NCBI GenBank assembly: GCA_002269645.1
Contig: NIVC01000637.1
Span: 101,866-165,865 of the forward strand
DNA length: 64,000 nt
Reading direction: 5' to 3'
From: Macrostomum lignano
Taxonomy: Eukaryota
Below the pieces are notes generated by a model. That model did not search any database. It saw only the letters and a program-made list of their open reading frames with translations, and was not told the origin of the DNA. The position numbers were made by a program, and so were the translations under genes. Of this stretch, positions 1 through 13,100 are shown piece by piece; the stretch's first letter is position 1; each line of letters opens with the position of its first letter.

Positions 1-37
1 GCGTATATCTAAGAGTAAGAGTCAATATATTCCTCGA

Positions 38-990
38 GTGCAGAAGTCAATATATTCCTCGAGTGCAGAAGTCAATATATTCCTCGAGTGCAGAAGTCAA
101 TATATTCCTCGCGTGCAGAAGTCAATATATTCCTCGCGTGCAGAAGTCAATATATTCCTCGCGTGCAGAAGTCAATATATTCCTCGCGTGCAGAAGTCAA
201 TATATTCCTCGCGTGCAGAAGTCAATATATTCCTCGCGTGCAGAAGTCAATATATTCCTCGAGTGCAGAAGTCAATATATTCCTCGCGTGCAGAAATCAA
301 TATATTCCTCGAGTGCAGAAGTCAATATATTCCTCGCGTGCAGAAGTCAATATATTCCTCGCGTGCAGAAGTCAATATATTCCTCGCGTGCAGAAATCAA
401 TATATTCCTCGCGTGCAGAAATCAATATATTCCTCGCGTGCAGAAGTCAATATATTCCTCGAGTGCAGAAGTCAATATATTCCTCGCGTGCAGAAGTCAA
501 TATATTCCTCGCGTGCAGAAGTCAATATATTCCTCGCGTGCAGAAGTCAATATATTCCTCGCGTGCAGAAGTCAATATATTCCTCGAGTGCAGAAGTCAA
601 TATATTCCTCGCGTGCAGAAGTCAATATATTCCTCGAGTGCAGAAGTCAATATATTCCTCGCGTGCAGAAATCAATATATTTCTCGCGTGCAGAAGTCAA
701 TATATTCCACGAGTGCAGAAGTCAATATATTCCTCGCGTGCAGAAGTCAATATATTCCTCGCGTGCAGAAATCAATATATTCCTCGAGTGCAGAAATCAA
801 TATATTCCTCGCGTGCAGACGTCAATATATTCCTCGAGTGCAGAAGTCAATATATTCCTCGAGTGCAGAAGTCAATATATTCCTCGAGTGCAGAAGTCAA
901 TATATTCCTCGCGTGCAGAAGTCAATATATTCCTCGAGTGCAGAAGTCAATATATTCCTCGCGTGCAGAAGTCAATATATTCCTCGAGTG
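38..990. repeat. 25-bp minisatellite (GTGCAGAAGTCAATATATTCCTCGC)n, about 38 copies
   Basis: Direct reading; near-identical units. The three 316-327 aa ORFs here are artefacts of the repeat. Confidence 0.97.
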
Positions 991-1009
991 CTGAGATCAG
1001 AGATGCGCC

Positions 1010-1568
1010 CTAATAACAAAGTCAACTCTAAAACAATAACGAGGTCCTCCAGAAAGGGTGTCTTCTTCTAGAAATAACGGAATCGGAGTCGTGTGCCCGT
1101 ATCGATTACTCTAGGGTACCAAAATCAATCAATCAATAATCCTCTAAGGGTATCGGAATCGGTCCGCAGATCCTATCCAATCCTTTAGGAAAAGGAAGGC
1201 CTCAAACTTAATAGACTTAGTGAACTCAACTGATCAGTAACGGCCGGCAATAACGCAGCTCTCAATAATCAAATAACGAAGACTCGAACAAAGACTTACC
1301 GAATGGTATTTATTTCCCTCGGAGATGTAGCCTCGCTTAACTGCTTCGGCAAACTCAAGATCTTTGGAGGCTGCTCCGAGTCTGAGATTTTAGCTCGGAT
1401 TTTGGCTTGTATTTATAGGCAAGTTTTTTACGTATTAACATGATTCCTCTTTTTGTTATAAATGGTAAGCCGACTCATCTTTCATCATATGTAGTAACAT
1501 GATACATCTTCCCATTATAAATAGTAACATGCTTCATAGCTTCGTTATAAATAGTAACCTGATTCACA
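1010..1568 (-). mobile_element. Possible solo LTR or LTR fragment
   Basis: Minus strand starts TGTGAA at 1568, has repeated GTTACTATTTATAA-like motifs, CCTATAAATA (about 1409-1418) and AATAAA (about 1313). No clear 3' end or TSD. Confidence 0.3.
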
Positions 1569-1740
1569 GTTTAAGTTTTGCTGCGCATGTTTGCATTAGT
1601 CTACTTACAGTAGCATTTTATGAATAATTATACTCTACAAGTCAAGATTAGAGTGAAGCAGTTTACTCAAGGCAAACAAGGGTGACGAGAGCAAGCTTTA
1701 AGCTATGAGCATAAACATTATTTTAAATAAAACATTCCAG

Positions 1741-2141
1741 AGCAGCTGCAGCTGTCAGGATGTAGCGAGTCAAGCACACTTGAAGGAAACTGCAACAATG
1801 CCATTGACGGAAGCGTGGACCAAAACCACAATCCTGGAGCCGTCTGCACCCATACTGACCGGGCAACAGTGGCCAACGAGTGGTGGCAGGCCTCCATGAC
1901 CTCCAGGGCCTTCGTCAGTCTGGTGCGCATCTACAACCGGCAGGACTGCTGCGAGACAAGACTGAAGAACTTCGCGATCTCAGTGGACGGCCTGCAGTGC
2001 GCCAGCTACAACTCCACCCAGGCATTCAGCATCGAGGACTTTCCTTGCGAGCAGGTTGGCACGACTCTCATGGTCACGCAGCGCTTCAGTAATGAGTTCC
2101 TCACCCTGTGCGAGGTCATCGCGTTCGGACGGCTGCTGTGA
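1741..2141 (+). CDS. F-type lectin (fucolectin/FTP) domain, terminal exon; upstream exon not in window
   Basis: Acceptor TTCCAG|AG at 1740, phase 1. Reads QLQLSGCSESSTLEGNCNNAIDG...CTHT...WW...RIYNRQDCCETR...LTLCEV: AIDG Ca-site motif and H-x28-RxDx4-R, matching the F-lectin fucose motif. Confidence 0.88.
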
Positions 2142-2231
2142 AGAAAGAAGAAGTGACCGGCCAAGTGTTTCTCAGCAAAGTCGATGGCTGATGCTGATTT
2201 GTGAAGTGAAAGCAGACGGTTACTTTGAAGC

Positions 2232-2655
2232 TGATCAACTGTAGCCATGAGCACACCTATGCTAAACATGATCAACTGTAGCCATGAGCACACCTATGCT
2301 AAACATGATCAACTGTAGCCATGAGCACACCTATGCTAAACATGATCAACTGAAGCCACGAGCACACCTATGCTAAACATGATCAACTGTAGCCATGAGC
2401 ACACCTATGCTAAACATGATCAACTGAAGCCTTGAGCACACCTATGCTAAACATGATCAACTGTAGCCATGAGCACACCTATGCTAAACATGATCAACTG
2501 TAGCCATGAGCACACCTATGCTAAACATGATCAACTGTAGCAATGAGCACACCTATGCTAAACATGATCAACTGTAGCCATGAGCACACCTATGCTAAAC
2601 ATGATCAACTGTAGCCATGAGCACACCTATGCTAAACATGATCAACTGTAGCCAG
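2232..2655. repeat. 37-bp minisatellite (GATCAACTGTAGCCATGAGCACACCTATGCTAAACAT)n, about 11 copies
   Basis: Direct reading. Confidence 0.95.
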
Positions 2656-2949
2656 TACACCTATTATATGTTAAACATACACCTATACAATCTGGAGCTT
2701 TTCTCTCGATTTTTCTTCACTACATAATGTTGCCTAGAATTACTGCCTGTCCCTTAATTTACACACAAAACAGATTTTATCATTGTTTCAGACGTAACTC
2801 TTATCCGATAGATTTGACAGCATCAGCCCCACAAATGATTGACAGGTTTGCGAACTTACATCAAATATGAAAAGCAAGCCAGCTGTGCAGCACCTGCAAC
2901 TTTTTTGTTTCTCCATCAACCAGCCCAGTTTCCCACAGTGCAATGATAA

Positions 2950-3340
2950 GCCTGCCCTCAGCCTGCCCTCAGCCTGCCCTCAGCCTGTCCTCAGCCTGCC
3001 TCAGCCTGTCCTCAGCCTGTCCTCAGCCTGCTCTCAGCCTGCCCTCAGCCTGTCCTCAGCCGGCCCTCAGCCTGCCCTCAGCCCGCCTCAGCCTGTCCTC
3101 AGCCTGCCCTCAGCCTGCCCTCAGCCCGCCTCAGCCTGCCCTCAGCCTGCCCTCAGCCTGTCCTCAGCCGGCCCTCAGCCTGCCCTCAGCCCGCCTCAGC
3201 CTGTCATCAGCCTGCCCTCAGCCTGCCCTCAGCCTGTCCTCAGCCTGCCCTCAGCCCGCCTCAGCCTGCCCTCAGCCTGCCCTCAGCCTGTCCTCAGCCG
3301 GCCCTCAGCCTGCCCTCAGCCTGTCCTCAGCCGGCCCTCA
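2950..3340. repeat. 11-bp repeat (CCTCAGCCTGC/T)n
   Basis: Direct reading; the overlapping ORFs are artefacts. Confidence 0.93.
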
Positions 3341-3679
3341 AAGTGAAAGTTTTCAATCTCTTTCTGAACGATACAACAGCGAATTACCTGCTGTCTGAAA
3401 TAAACAAAAGCATATTTATATCAAATAAGTCTTAAAAGTCCTCTCGCAGTTTCTGTAAAATTTTGTCGGCTTTTCATTTTATTTGACTTGCAACTTTCGG
3501 TCCTCAGCAGTGCTCTCATGCAGCTGGAATGCCAGGCTGACCATGCAAACATTTCCCGAGTGGAAAGCTTATAAAATGATAAATGTACACATTTTAGTCA
3601 CGATAAAATTATTTCACGATAATAATTTTAATTATTTTAATTATTTCACGATTTATTCACGATAAAATTTTTTCACGAT

Positions 3680-3822
3680 TATCAGAGAATCATCAGAGAA
3701 TCATCAAAGAATCATCAGAGAGTCATCAGAACATCATCAGAGAATCATCAGAGAATCATAAAAGAATCATCAAAGAATCATCAGAGAGTCATCAGAAAAT
3801 CATCAGAGAATCATCAGAGAAT
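3680..3822. repeat. 11-bp repeat (AGAGAATCATC)n
   Basis: Direct reading. Confidence 0.9.
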
Positions 3823-4609
3823 CTAACATTAAAATCACGAATCTTAAAGTTCATGCAGCATTTGAATGCTAAACCCACACACAGGCAGTCATAGGAGATC
3901 TTTCGTTCCCTTCCTGCAGATTCTGTGGCTGGGAACAGCAAAAAGTGACTGGGATGCCAAACACGTCAATTCTCCTCCTCTTGGGCCTCGCAATGAGGAT
4001 CAGAGCGAAACACCGGCCAGCTTCCCAGCTGCTCTGCATTCATGCAGGTGTGCTGGAGAGCATTTTCGTCCCCTCCTCAATTCTTCCTCCCGTTGCCGGG
4101 GCAACGATCACAGACAATGTGAAACCGCTCGCTTCGCTTCTTGGGCTGTTGGCGCCACTCTCGACTGTGGCAGCACAGCAGGCAGAGTTGACAGGGAGAA
4201 GCTCTTTGAATTGTTGCCTTTCTGTTGACTGACTCACGGCGCTACGGCTCCGCAGTCAGGCCGGGGCTCTGAATGGGAGCTGCTGGTTAGTTGGCATGCT
4301 CTGTGCGCCTAAGCAACCATGCAGCAGACTTAAACAATGGTGTGTTAAGGAGGAGGCTGAGAAGACACTTGAATGAAGATGAGCAGAAAACATATTTAGC
4401 AAAGAAACCTTCCGAACTCTGTAAAAAAGCGAGACAAATTTAAAGCATTTTGCAAAGCAGAAAGGCAGCGCAGCAAGACAAGGCTTTCCAACATGGCAGG
4501 TGCAAACCTCTCTGTTTCTGGTCGGAAAACGCAGGTGAGTCGGAGATTTTCGATTCGGGTCTGATGCTACAATTTTCTTGGTTGGACTAATTATGCTTAT
4601 CGATTGAAA

Positions 4610-5000
4610 CACTGTGACTGAGGGTCTCAGCTCACCCATGCACACTGTGACTGAGAGCCTCAGCTCACCCATGCACACTGTGACTGAGGGTCTCAGCTCA
4701 CCCATGCACACTGTGACTGAGGGTCTCAGCTCACCCATGCACACTGTGACTGACGGTCTCAGCTCACCCATGCACACTGTGACTGAGTGCCTCAGCTCAC
4801 CCATGCACACTGTGACTGAGTGCCTCAGCTCACCCATGCACACTGTGACTGAGGGTCTCAGCTCCTTCATGCACACTGTGACTGAGGGTCATAGCTCACC
4901 AATGCACACTGTGACTGAGGGTCTCAGCTCACCCATGCACACTGTGACTGAGTGCCTCAGCTCACCAATGCACACTGTGACTGAGGGTCTCAGCTTACCC
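4610..5000. repeat. 33-bp minisatellite (CACACTGTGACTGAGGGTCTCAGCTCACCCATG)n, about 12 copies
   Basis: Direct reading; gives the TVTEGLSSPMH artefact ORF. Confidence 0.95.
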
Positions 5001-5031
5001 ATAGCAACTCCACATATTGCTGACATTTCAG

Positions 5032-6894
5032 GTTGCCCAAACGCGAGCCGAGCTGGTGAAGGCGCTGGCCGCGGTCAGCTACTGCCTGCTGCTGCCGCTG
5101 CTGCTGCTTCTGCCAGTTTTTGAGGCTGATGCGGCGCAGCACCGCAGCTCAGTATCGACCTTTCTGCCCAGAAATCCGGCCGCCTCCTGCTCCGACGGCA
5201 GGTTTTGGGACGCACTGTCCCGCTGTTCCATGAGATGCGCTGTGGAGGCTCGCTGCCGCGGAATTCGCCTCGCTGATAACGGCGGAAGCGGCGGCGTCTG
5301 CGCCCTGCTGAGCAGCGAGCTGGAGGTCAACGCGAGTGCGAGTGCCGCCAGCGCGACCGACTGCACGGGCGACCGGGTGTTTGAAATGAAATGGAAGATT
5401 GGCAAGTTGCAGTGCGGGGAAGCTTCATTCGATTCAATGAATTTTACGAAGATAAATTAGGTATGTTATGAGATTATTAGGTCATTAGGTTTTTGTACAG
5501 AACAACCGTATGTGGATAGACTGATCCTCTGAGCTCAAAGTAAACAAATAAACTAACACACAGCCCACACACTCAAACAGGGCTCCACGGACTCTTCTTC
5601 TTTAAGTGTTAAAGCACGGATAGCTGAAGCAGAAGGATGCTAGACTCGATTTTCTTAGAAACGAGATGCGAACTCGTAGAGGCCAGAAAGGAATTTATAT
5701 TTGTCGCATTGCTGCACCGTTCTACCGGTTTATTTTGACCATTGTCTGGCACTTGTTTGCATTTTTATGACCGCTGATTATTTATCCAAAGTCACATCAA
5801 ACAAACAAAAATCAGTAAGAACCCCCTCATTCCCCACGACTCCAGAGAATCAATAAGAACACACCACACCTTAGCAATGTTGAATAACAAGCAACAAGAT
5901 TAGCAATGTTGACAGAGGCAGAATCATTGTGAGTCTAAGTATAAGTCTCAAGACACGGAAATTGTATATCAGTAAAAAGCTTAATGGTTAACAGCAAGCT
6001 GGCAAGGGAACTGCCAGACGAAACACCACGGGGCGCTTGAAGTTCTGCGAGTCGATTTGTTCAACGGAGGATGTCACAATCTGTAAATATAATTGAAGAG
6101 TTCGAATCGATACCCGGGGCCGGCCAGCTCACAGTGACTGAATAGAAAGAAGTGTCGCGAGTTTTTCGATGCGAATTTGGTCAAAATAGGCGACAAAACG
6201 GCGTAGCGCTGCAGAGAACGCATAGCGCTGAATTGGTTTTTGCCATAGACAAATCCGGTCGAGAAAAATCCGTGTTGCTCGAGAGCATGCTGAAGGCACT
6301 GGCGTTGCGACAAACATTCGTTCCTTACCGGCTCTTCGGCTCATTTCTAAGAAAATCCAGTGTGGGGTCCATATGTTAGAGCTTTCAAAGCTTAAACCCT
6401 AAATTATCGCCTGACATTTCTACGCAGGAGCAGGACTGTTCTAAATTGAAGTCTTCAGGTAGTTAATACTCGCTCAATCGAACAAAAACATTCCAGAGCA
6501 GCTGCAGCTGTCAGGATGTAGCGAGTCAAGCACACTTGAAGGCAACTGCAACAACGCCATTGACGGAAGCCTGGACCAAAACCACAACGCCGGGGCCGTC
6601 TGCACCCATACCCAGGCAACAGTGGGCAACGAGTGGTGGCAGGCCTCCATGGCCTCCAGGGCCTTCGTCAGTCTGGTGCGCATCTACAACCGGCAGGACG
6701 GCAACGAGGGCAGACTGAATAACTTCGCGATCTCCGTGGACGGCCTGCAGTGCGCCAGCTACAACTCCACCCAGGCATTCAGCATCAAGGACTTTCCTTG
6801 CGAGCAGGTTGGCACGACTCTCAAGGTCACGCAGCGCTTCAGTAATGAGTTCCTCACCCTGTGCGAAGTCATCGTCTTCGGACGGCTGCTGTGA
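5032..6894 (+). CDS. Secreted PAN/apple-like + F-type lectin protein (paralog 2); exons 5032-5401 and 6497-6894
   Basis: Exon A: hydrophobic signal (LLLPLLLLLPVFEADA) and C..RC..E..CRGI...CALL...DC pattern. Phase-1 donor G|GCAAGT at the same position as the GT donor of paralog 3. Acceptor TTCCAG|AG at 6496. The lectin exon is closely similar to 1741-2141. Start codon unresolved (GTG at 5056). Confidence 0.75.
5645..6360. mobile_element. MITE-like element with imperfect inverted ends, inside the lectin intron
   Basis: CTCGATTTTCTTAGAAACGAG (5645) vs reverse complement of 6340-6360 CTGGATTTTCTTAGAAATGAG (19/21). Further inverted TTTGTCGCA and ATTTTGACC blocks inside. No TSD found. Confidence 0.5.
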
Positions 6895-6984
6895 AGGAAG
6901 AAGCGACCGGCCAAGCGTTTCTTAGCGGAGTCGAATGCGGTTGCTGCTGAAATAGTGAAAGAAAACAAAAGCTGAAAAAGAAAC

Positions 6985-7275
6985 TTGAATACTCTACAAT
7001 ACTCTGAAATACCCTGCAATACCCTTTAATACTCTGAAACTCTGCAATACTCTGTAATACTCTGCAATACTCTGTAATGCTCTGCAATAACCTTTAATAC
7101 TCTGTAATACTCTGCAATACTCTGTAATACTCTGCAATACTCTGTAATACTCTGCAATACTCTGTAATGCTCTGCAATAACCTTTAATACTCTGTAATAC
7201 TCTGCAATACCCTGTAATACTCTGCAATACCCTGTAATACTCTGCAATACTCTGAAATACCCTGCAATACTCTAC
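6985..7275. repeat. 10-bp repeat (TACTCTGCAA/TACTCTGTAA)n
   Basis: Direct reading. Confidence 0.92.
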
Positions 7276-7350
7276 TGAAGGTAATATGGTTGCGCATTGC
7301 ATCAAGCCAGTTCACCTCTGGCTACTGCCACAAGGCTTTGACCTTGACAG

Positions 7351-7351
7351 C

Positions 7352-7392
<41 letters not shown>

Positions 7393-7400
7393 ACTCTCTC
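7351..7400. repeat. (CT)n microsatellite
   Basis: Direct reading. Confidence 0.95.
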
Positions 7401-8516
7401 TGGTTGAGGCGTGAAGTTTTTACAAGCTCTTTTCTAGAAATTTAGGCCGACAGCAGGGGCCGTAGCCCAGTTGTCTAGCACGGCGCTCTTGTGTGCCAGC
7501 GGCCCAGGCTTGGGTCTGTTAGTGTGATTAACGCCCTTGGCACAAGGTTACATGCCTAACGGTGAATTAAGTGAGGGCCGCTGTGCACTCCTGTGTGAGT
7601 AGTGTGTGCCTGTGTGTGCATGACTGCGCAGTGCGCACGCATCCGAGCGCTTGTGTGCCTGCTCAGGGGAGTCAGCGGAATGACAATTTCGCTAAAAGTG
7701 CGCCAGGGTGCACACAGCCCCTCTGCCTCTAATAAAAAGTTAGCCAGACAGTTGGAAATGTTTGTTTACAAAGAATTGATTGACGCAAACAGCAGCAATA
7801 GCCACTTAATTGATTCTGTCGGTCATGTTTGGCTCGGTGTATTTTCTCTAATGGCTGCATTGTCTTGAGAGCCTCTGCGGACTAGTGGGAGGCAGCAGCA
7901 GCACTCAAGTGGGGCAGGCAAAAACCGAGGCTGGCGGGTCTCCTATGCCGTGCGATGTCGGTAATTTTGCTAATTTTCCCTGCCAACTGACCTACCAAAT
8001 CCACGCACTCCGATTGTTATTGATTGGGTCCGGGAATAGCGACAAAAAAGTGGGCACCTGCAGAAATAGACAGGTAGCAGAGACGATAGTATAAAATCAC
8101 CCACAGTGCTTCAGTGAATGCCAAATAATTGGCAGTTGCGCCCCGCAGCTGCAGTTTCTTTTCATTACAGCAGCCTATTTCTGTATATTCGGCATCTGCT
8201 GAGTCGAGTCTGCATGCTGGTAAGCCCGCAGTTTTCTAGCAGGGACAGCTAAAGCAGAATAGCAGACCTCTCAAATCGTACAAACTTCGCAGCAAAATGC
8301 ATTGGCAATATAGGAAGTATTTTCAGTTTATTTAGCACAAATTTTCCTATACCTCCCTTCTGCACTTCAGAATACCAAAATGAAGCAATTTCCAATGTTT
8401 GCATGAAATTTCACGGAATTTGCATCATCTGCACCATAGTAGACTCGAACTGACGCAGGCTGAACGACTCATCCCTGTACAACTCGTAATTTTAGGCTGC
8501 CAAACCGACTTCAACA

Positions 8517-9433
8517 ATGACGGTGTCGATGCCGCTGATCGCTGTATTCTGCTGCAGCTGTCTGCTGCTTGCAGTCCGCGGCGCTGAGGCTCTGCAGCCG
8601 TGCAGCTCGCGACTGATTTTCGAGCCGAGAAACCCGGCCACCGCCTGCTCGGGCGGCAGATTCAAAACTGCGCTCTCCGCGTGCGCCTGGAGATGCACAC
8701 TGGAGCCCCTGTGCCGCGGCATCCGCCTTGTTGACGACGGCAGCTGCGCCCTGCTAGGCAGCGAGCAGGAAGTCAGCGCGGCTGCATTGGCCGCCTCCGC
8801 GACTGACTGCAGCGGCGATCGGCTGTTTGCCTGGCGGTCAGGTGAGAAAGCTTAGTCTGAAGGAAGCTGACATGCTAAATTATGACAGAATTTTTTTGGC
8901 CATGCAGTTACCTGGAAAATAACTTTGAGTCTGAGGACTAATATTGCAATCCCGTATCCTCGAGGCTCTGAATTTAGGCTTCATATAAATATCCTCCATA
9001 AAAACATTCTGCAGAGCAGCTGCAGCTGAGCGGCTGCAGCCAGTCCAGCACCAGCTACAACGGCATCTGCGAACGCGTCACAGACGGCGGCACGGCACAG
9101 ACCTACTCGGCCGGGAGCTGCGGTCACACAGACAACTTGGCCAACACCAAACAGTGGTGGCAGGCGGCCGCGGCCTCCAAGGCCTTCATTAGCCTGGTGC
9201 GCATCTACAACCGGCAGGACTGCTGCGCCAACAGGCTGACGAACTTCACCATCGCCCTGGACGGCCAGCAGTGCGCCAGCTACAACTCCGGCCAGACATT
9301 CAGCGTGAAAGACTTCGCCTGCGATAAAGTCGGCAGCAACCTCAGGGTGACGCAGCGAACCGAGGGCGAGTACCTCACACTGTGCGAGGTCGTCGCCTTC
9401 GGCCGCCAGCTTCCAGCGTCTGGTCAGGAGTAG
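8517..9433 (+). CDS. Secreted PAN/apple-like + F-type lectin protein (paralog 3), 247 aa; exons 8517-8841 and 9015-9433
   Basis: ATG at 8517, signal peptide (LIAVFCCSCLLLAVRGAEA), PAN-like Cys pattern. Donor G|GTGAG (8841) and acceptor TCTGCAG|AG (9014), both phase 1. Lectin motif GHT...RIYNRQDCCANR. Confidence 0.9.
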
Positions 9434-10179
9434 CGACGGGATTATTGTTGATCAGCATTGTACTTTAATCACCCTGTCTCTTCACCCGCTCTTTCTCCTC
9501 TGCTGGCAACTCAGCCACAGTCAACAATTGCATAGGCCAGATGGTTTTCAATCACTTGGCTGCCAGTGCAAGCGAGACTGGCTGACTGAGCTCTGTGTGG
9601 AAATTTCGAGTGTTCCTGTGCCTGCATTTACTTCAGCTCATTGCCTTAAATGCGATGGGAAAAATCTTGCGCTGCAGCCCCCCCCCCCCGAGTCCACATT
9701 CTGTGGCGTTTCCAGTCCCATTCTGTATCTTTTGCAGTAAGAAGTTTGGAAAAATGAAAAATGAAAATAGAAAATGAAATTGTTTCTGATTTCAACTCAA
9801 AATTTAATCAATTTGTCTTCAACGCTAATGAAACAACTCAAGCAATTATTTTATCAAGAAGAAAATCGGAGTTCCAAAAGACTGAATATTGAACGATCAA
9901 GAGCAAATTAAAGCATTTGCAAGTATGAGTTGCAAATCACCGAGAAGCTGCGGTGCATGTACTCGGATCCTTAGCCAAGTTAAAATTCCTTATTGTCAAC
10001 CCTATATGTCAACTTCATTACGTAAGCCAGGAGGCTGCAATATTAGACACTGCATTATCATCTCAACAAGAAGACTGCCAGTTCTTCCCAGTCCGACGAA
10101 TGTACCGAGCAACCAGGCGATTTTTTTGAATGAAGTGGCATGCGAACGAGTCGGTCAGTCAAGTAGCCGTAAAAGCCAC

Positions 10180-13100
10180 CTAACCGAATTCCGCAACAAC
10201 ACTGCGGCAAACTCCCACAATGGGAGAATAATTTCTCGCATCGCCGTAGTTGAAAGGCCGGGCGACTTCCACAATCTGCCAGATACTGCGGTCCTTCTTC
10301 AGCAGGCAGACGATAAGGCCGCGGTAGCCACAGAATCGGCTGAAGTTCAAGGTGCTCTCGGACAGACTCTGGGTAGGCCGGGCGCTGTCGTAGAACTCGA
10401 GCGTCGGCATCCGGAAGCCCTGCATGCTGGACCGACGCCAGGCGCTCATCAGGAACAGCAGGTGAGTCACTGGCTGGCCTCGCACCACCAGATTGTCCAG
10501 GTTCTGCACCCACACCTGACGGGCAAGGTGTGACATGCGATTGCAATCAATAACAAGTAGAATTGGAACGACCATTCTTCTATAGTCTAGTTTGTAGTTG
10601 TTTATAAATCCGGCCGAATCAGCCCGTCACAGCCTGTCAGAGTGTCGAAATGACATTTTTATACCCAAGATGCTAGTTTATCAGTACAGTACAATCGGAG
10701 TTTCTCTTAAAAAGAGGGCCGTCAAGATGCGACAAGTTGTCGGTAGGTGACTTTGAGTGACCTTGAACCTTACGCATAAAGACAAACTCACATTGAATGT
10801 CGATGTGCTACGCTGCCTAAGAATGTCCCTGGTTGCATTGCCGCAGTGCTGGATATAGTTGGCATAACACGTGTACCTATACGCCTGCTGCGGCCAGGTG
10901 GAGCGGAAGTCTATATTGTCTAGGTGAATGATGTGGTCTCCCACTTTGGAGAAGGTGATGCAGGCCGTATCCAGGTAATTCTTTGGATTGTTTTCCGGCC
11001 AGCCCCAGGACATGGAGAAGCGAATCTTGTTCAGGTCGCTGGGCACTTCGTACAGCACGCGGATGGCTCTGAGGCCGGTGCAGCCGCTGGCGATGCCCAG
11101 ATCAGCGAGTGTCCGGTGGTCTCCCTGCGGTTGGTGCAGCAGTGGGACAAAGAAATTGATGAAATAAGACCGTTAGAAGAATGGTGGACTGTCAAGCCCA
11201 GGGCTGGGGTGCAGGGAGGAGAACAGATGCACTGGTGAGGTGCAGGGAGGAGAACAGATGCACTCGTGAGGTGCAGGGAGGGGAACAAATGCACTGGTGA
11301 GGTGCAGGGAGGGGAACAGATGCACTGGTGAGGTGCAGAGGGGAACAGATGCACTGGTGAGGTGCAGAGGGGAACAGATGCACTGGTGAGGTGCAGGGGG
11401 GAACAGATGCACTGGTGAGGTGCAGAGGGGAACAAATGCACTGGTGAGGTGCAGAGGGGAACAGATGCACTGGTGAGGTGCAGAGGGGAACAAATGCACT
11501 GGTGAGGTGCAGGGGGAACAGATGCACTGGTGAGGTGCAGAGGGGAACAAATGCACTGGTGAGGTGCAGAGGGGAACAGATGCACTGGTGAGGTGCAGAG
11601 GGGAACAAATGCACTGGTGAGGTGCAGAGGGGAACAGATGCACTGGTGAGGTGCAGAGGGGAACAAATGCACTGGTGAGGTGCAGAGGGGAACAGATGCA
11701 CTGGTGAGGTGCAGAGGGGAACAGATGCACTGGTGAGGTGCAGAGGGGAACAGATGCACTGGTGAGGTGCAGAGGGGAACAGATGCGCTGGTGAGGTGCA
11801 GAGATCACTGGTGAGATGTGCACAGGCTGAAGCAGTGAATGCTCACCTCGAGTGATGTCCCGCCCATGAGGATTTTGATCTCGCGCACCGGCGGCCTGTC
11901 ATCCATTTTCTGCTGCAATTTCAGCTTGAAGGCATTGAGGGAGTCCAGACTCTGGGCGCTGATGATGGCCGTGTCGCCTGACATGAAGCTGACGGACAGG
12001 TTGAGCGGGATTGAAACCAGCTGCGATACTGCAACCTGCGGCTGGGACACTGTGGGTGGGAAACGCAGCAAGCTGGAGACAGTCTTGCGCTCTGAAGGAC
12101 TGCAAAAGTAAACCGAATATTGATACCTCAGCATCAATATCCCATCTCTGATACCTCAGCATCAATATCCCATCTCTGATACCTCAGCATCAAAATCCCA
12201 TCCCTGATACCTCAGCATCAATATCCCATCTCTGATACCTCAGCATCAATATCCCATCCCTGATACCTCAGCATCAATATCCCATCCCTGATACCTCAGC
12301 ATCAGTATCCCATCCCTGATACCTCAGCATCAATATCCCATCCCTGATACCTCAGCATCAATATCCCATCTCTGATACCTCAGCATCAAAATCCCATCCC
12401 TGATACCTCAGCATCAATATCCCATCTCTGATACCTCAGCATCAATATCCCATCCCTGATACCTCAGCATCAATATCCCATCCCTGATACCTCAGCATCA
12501 ATATCCCATCTCTGATACCTCAGCATCAAAATCCCATCCCTGATACCTCAGCATCAGTATCACATCCCTGATACCTCAGCATCAATATCCCATCCCTGAT
12601 ACCTCAGCATCAATATCCCATCCCTGATACCTCAGCATCAATATCCCATCCCTGATACCTCAGCATCAATATCCCATCCCTGATACCTCAGCATCAATAT
12701 CCCATCCCTGATACCTCAGCATCAATATCCCATCCCTGATACCAGGTACCTCAGCATCAATATCCCATCCCTGATACCTCAGCATCAATATCCCATCCCT
12801 GATACCTCAGCATCAATATCCCATCTCTGATACCTCAGCATCAAAATCCCATCCCTGATACCTCAGCATCAATATCCCATCCCTGATACCTCAGCATCGA
12901 TATCCCATCCCTGATACCTCAGCATCAATATCCCATCCCTGATACCTCAGCATCAATATCCCATCCCTGATACCTCAGCATCCATATCCCATCCTTGATA
13001 CTCCAGCATCAGTATCCCATCCCTGATACCTCAGCTTCAATATCCCATCCCTGATACCTCAGCATCAATATCCCATCCCTGATACCTTAGCATCAATATC

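Noticed and set aside
38-1071. Three long ORFs and a CRISPR-like regular array
   Set aside because: Head-to-tail 25-bp units with no unique spacers, in a eukaryotic context; the ORFs arise because the unit lacks stops.
3945-4232. Possible signal-peptide first exon for lectin paralog 2
   Set aside because: Its candidate donor (about 4048) is phase 1 while the acceptor at 5031 is phase 0, and the next exon already has a signal sequence.
7453-7560. tRNA-like start GGGGCCGTAGCCCAGTTG
   Set aside because: No B box or cloverleaf; at most a decayed SINE.
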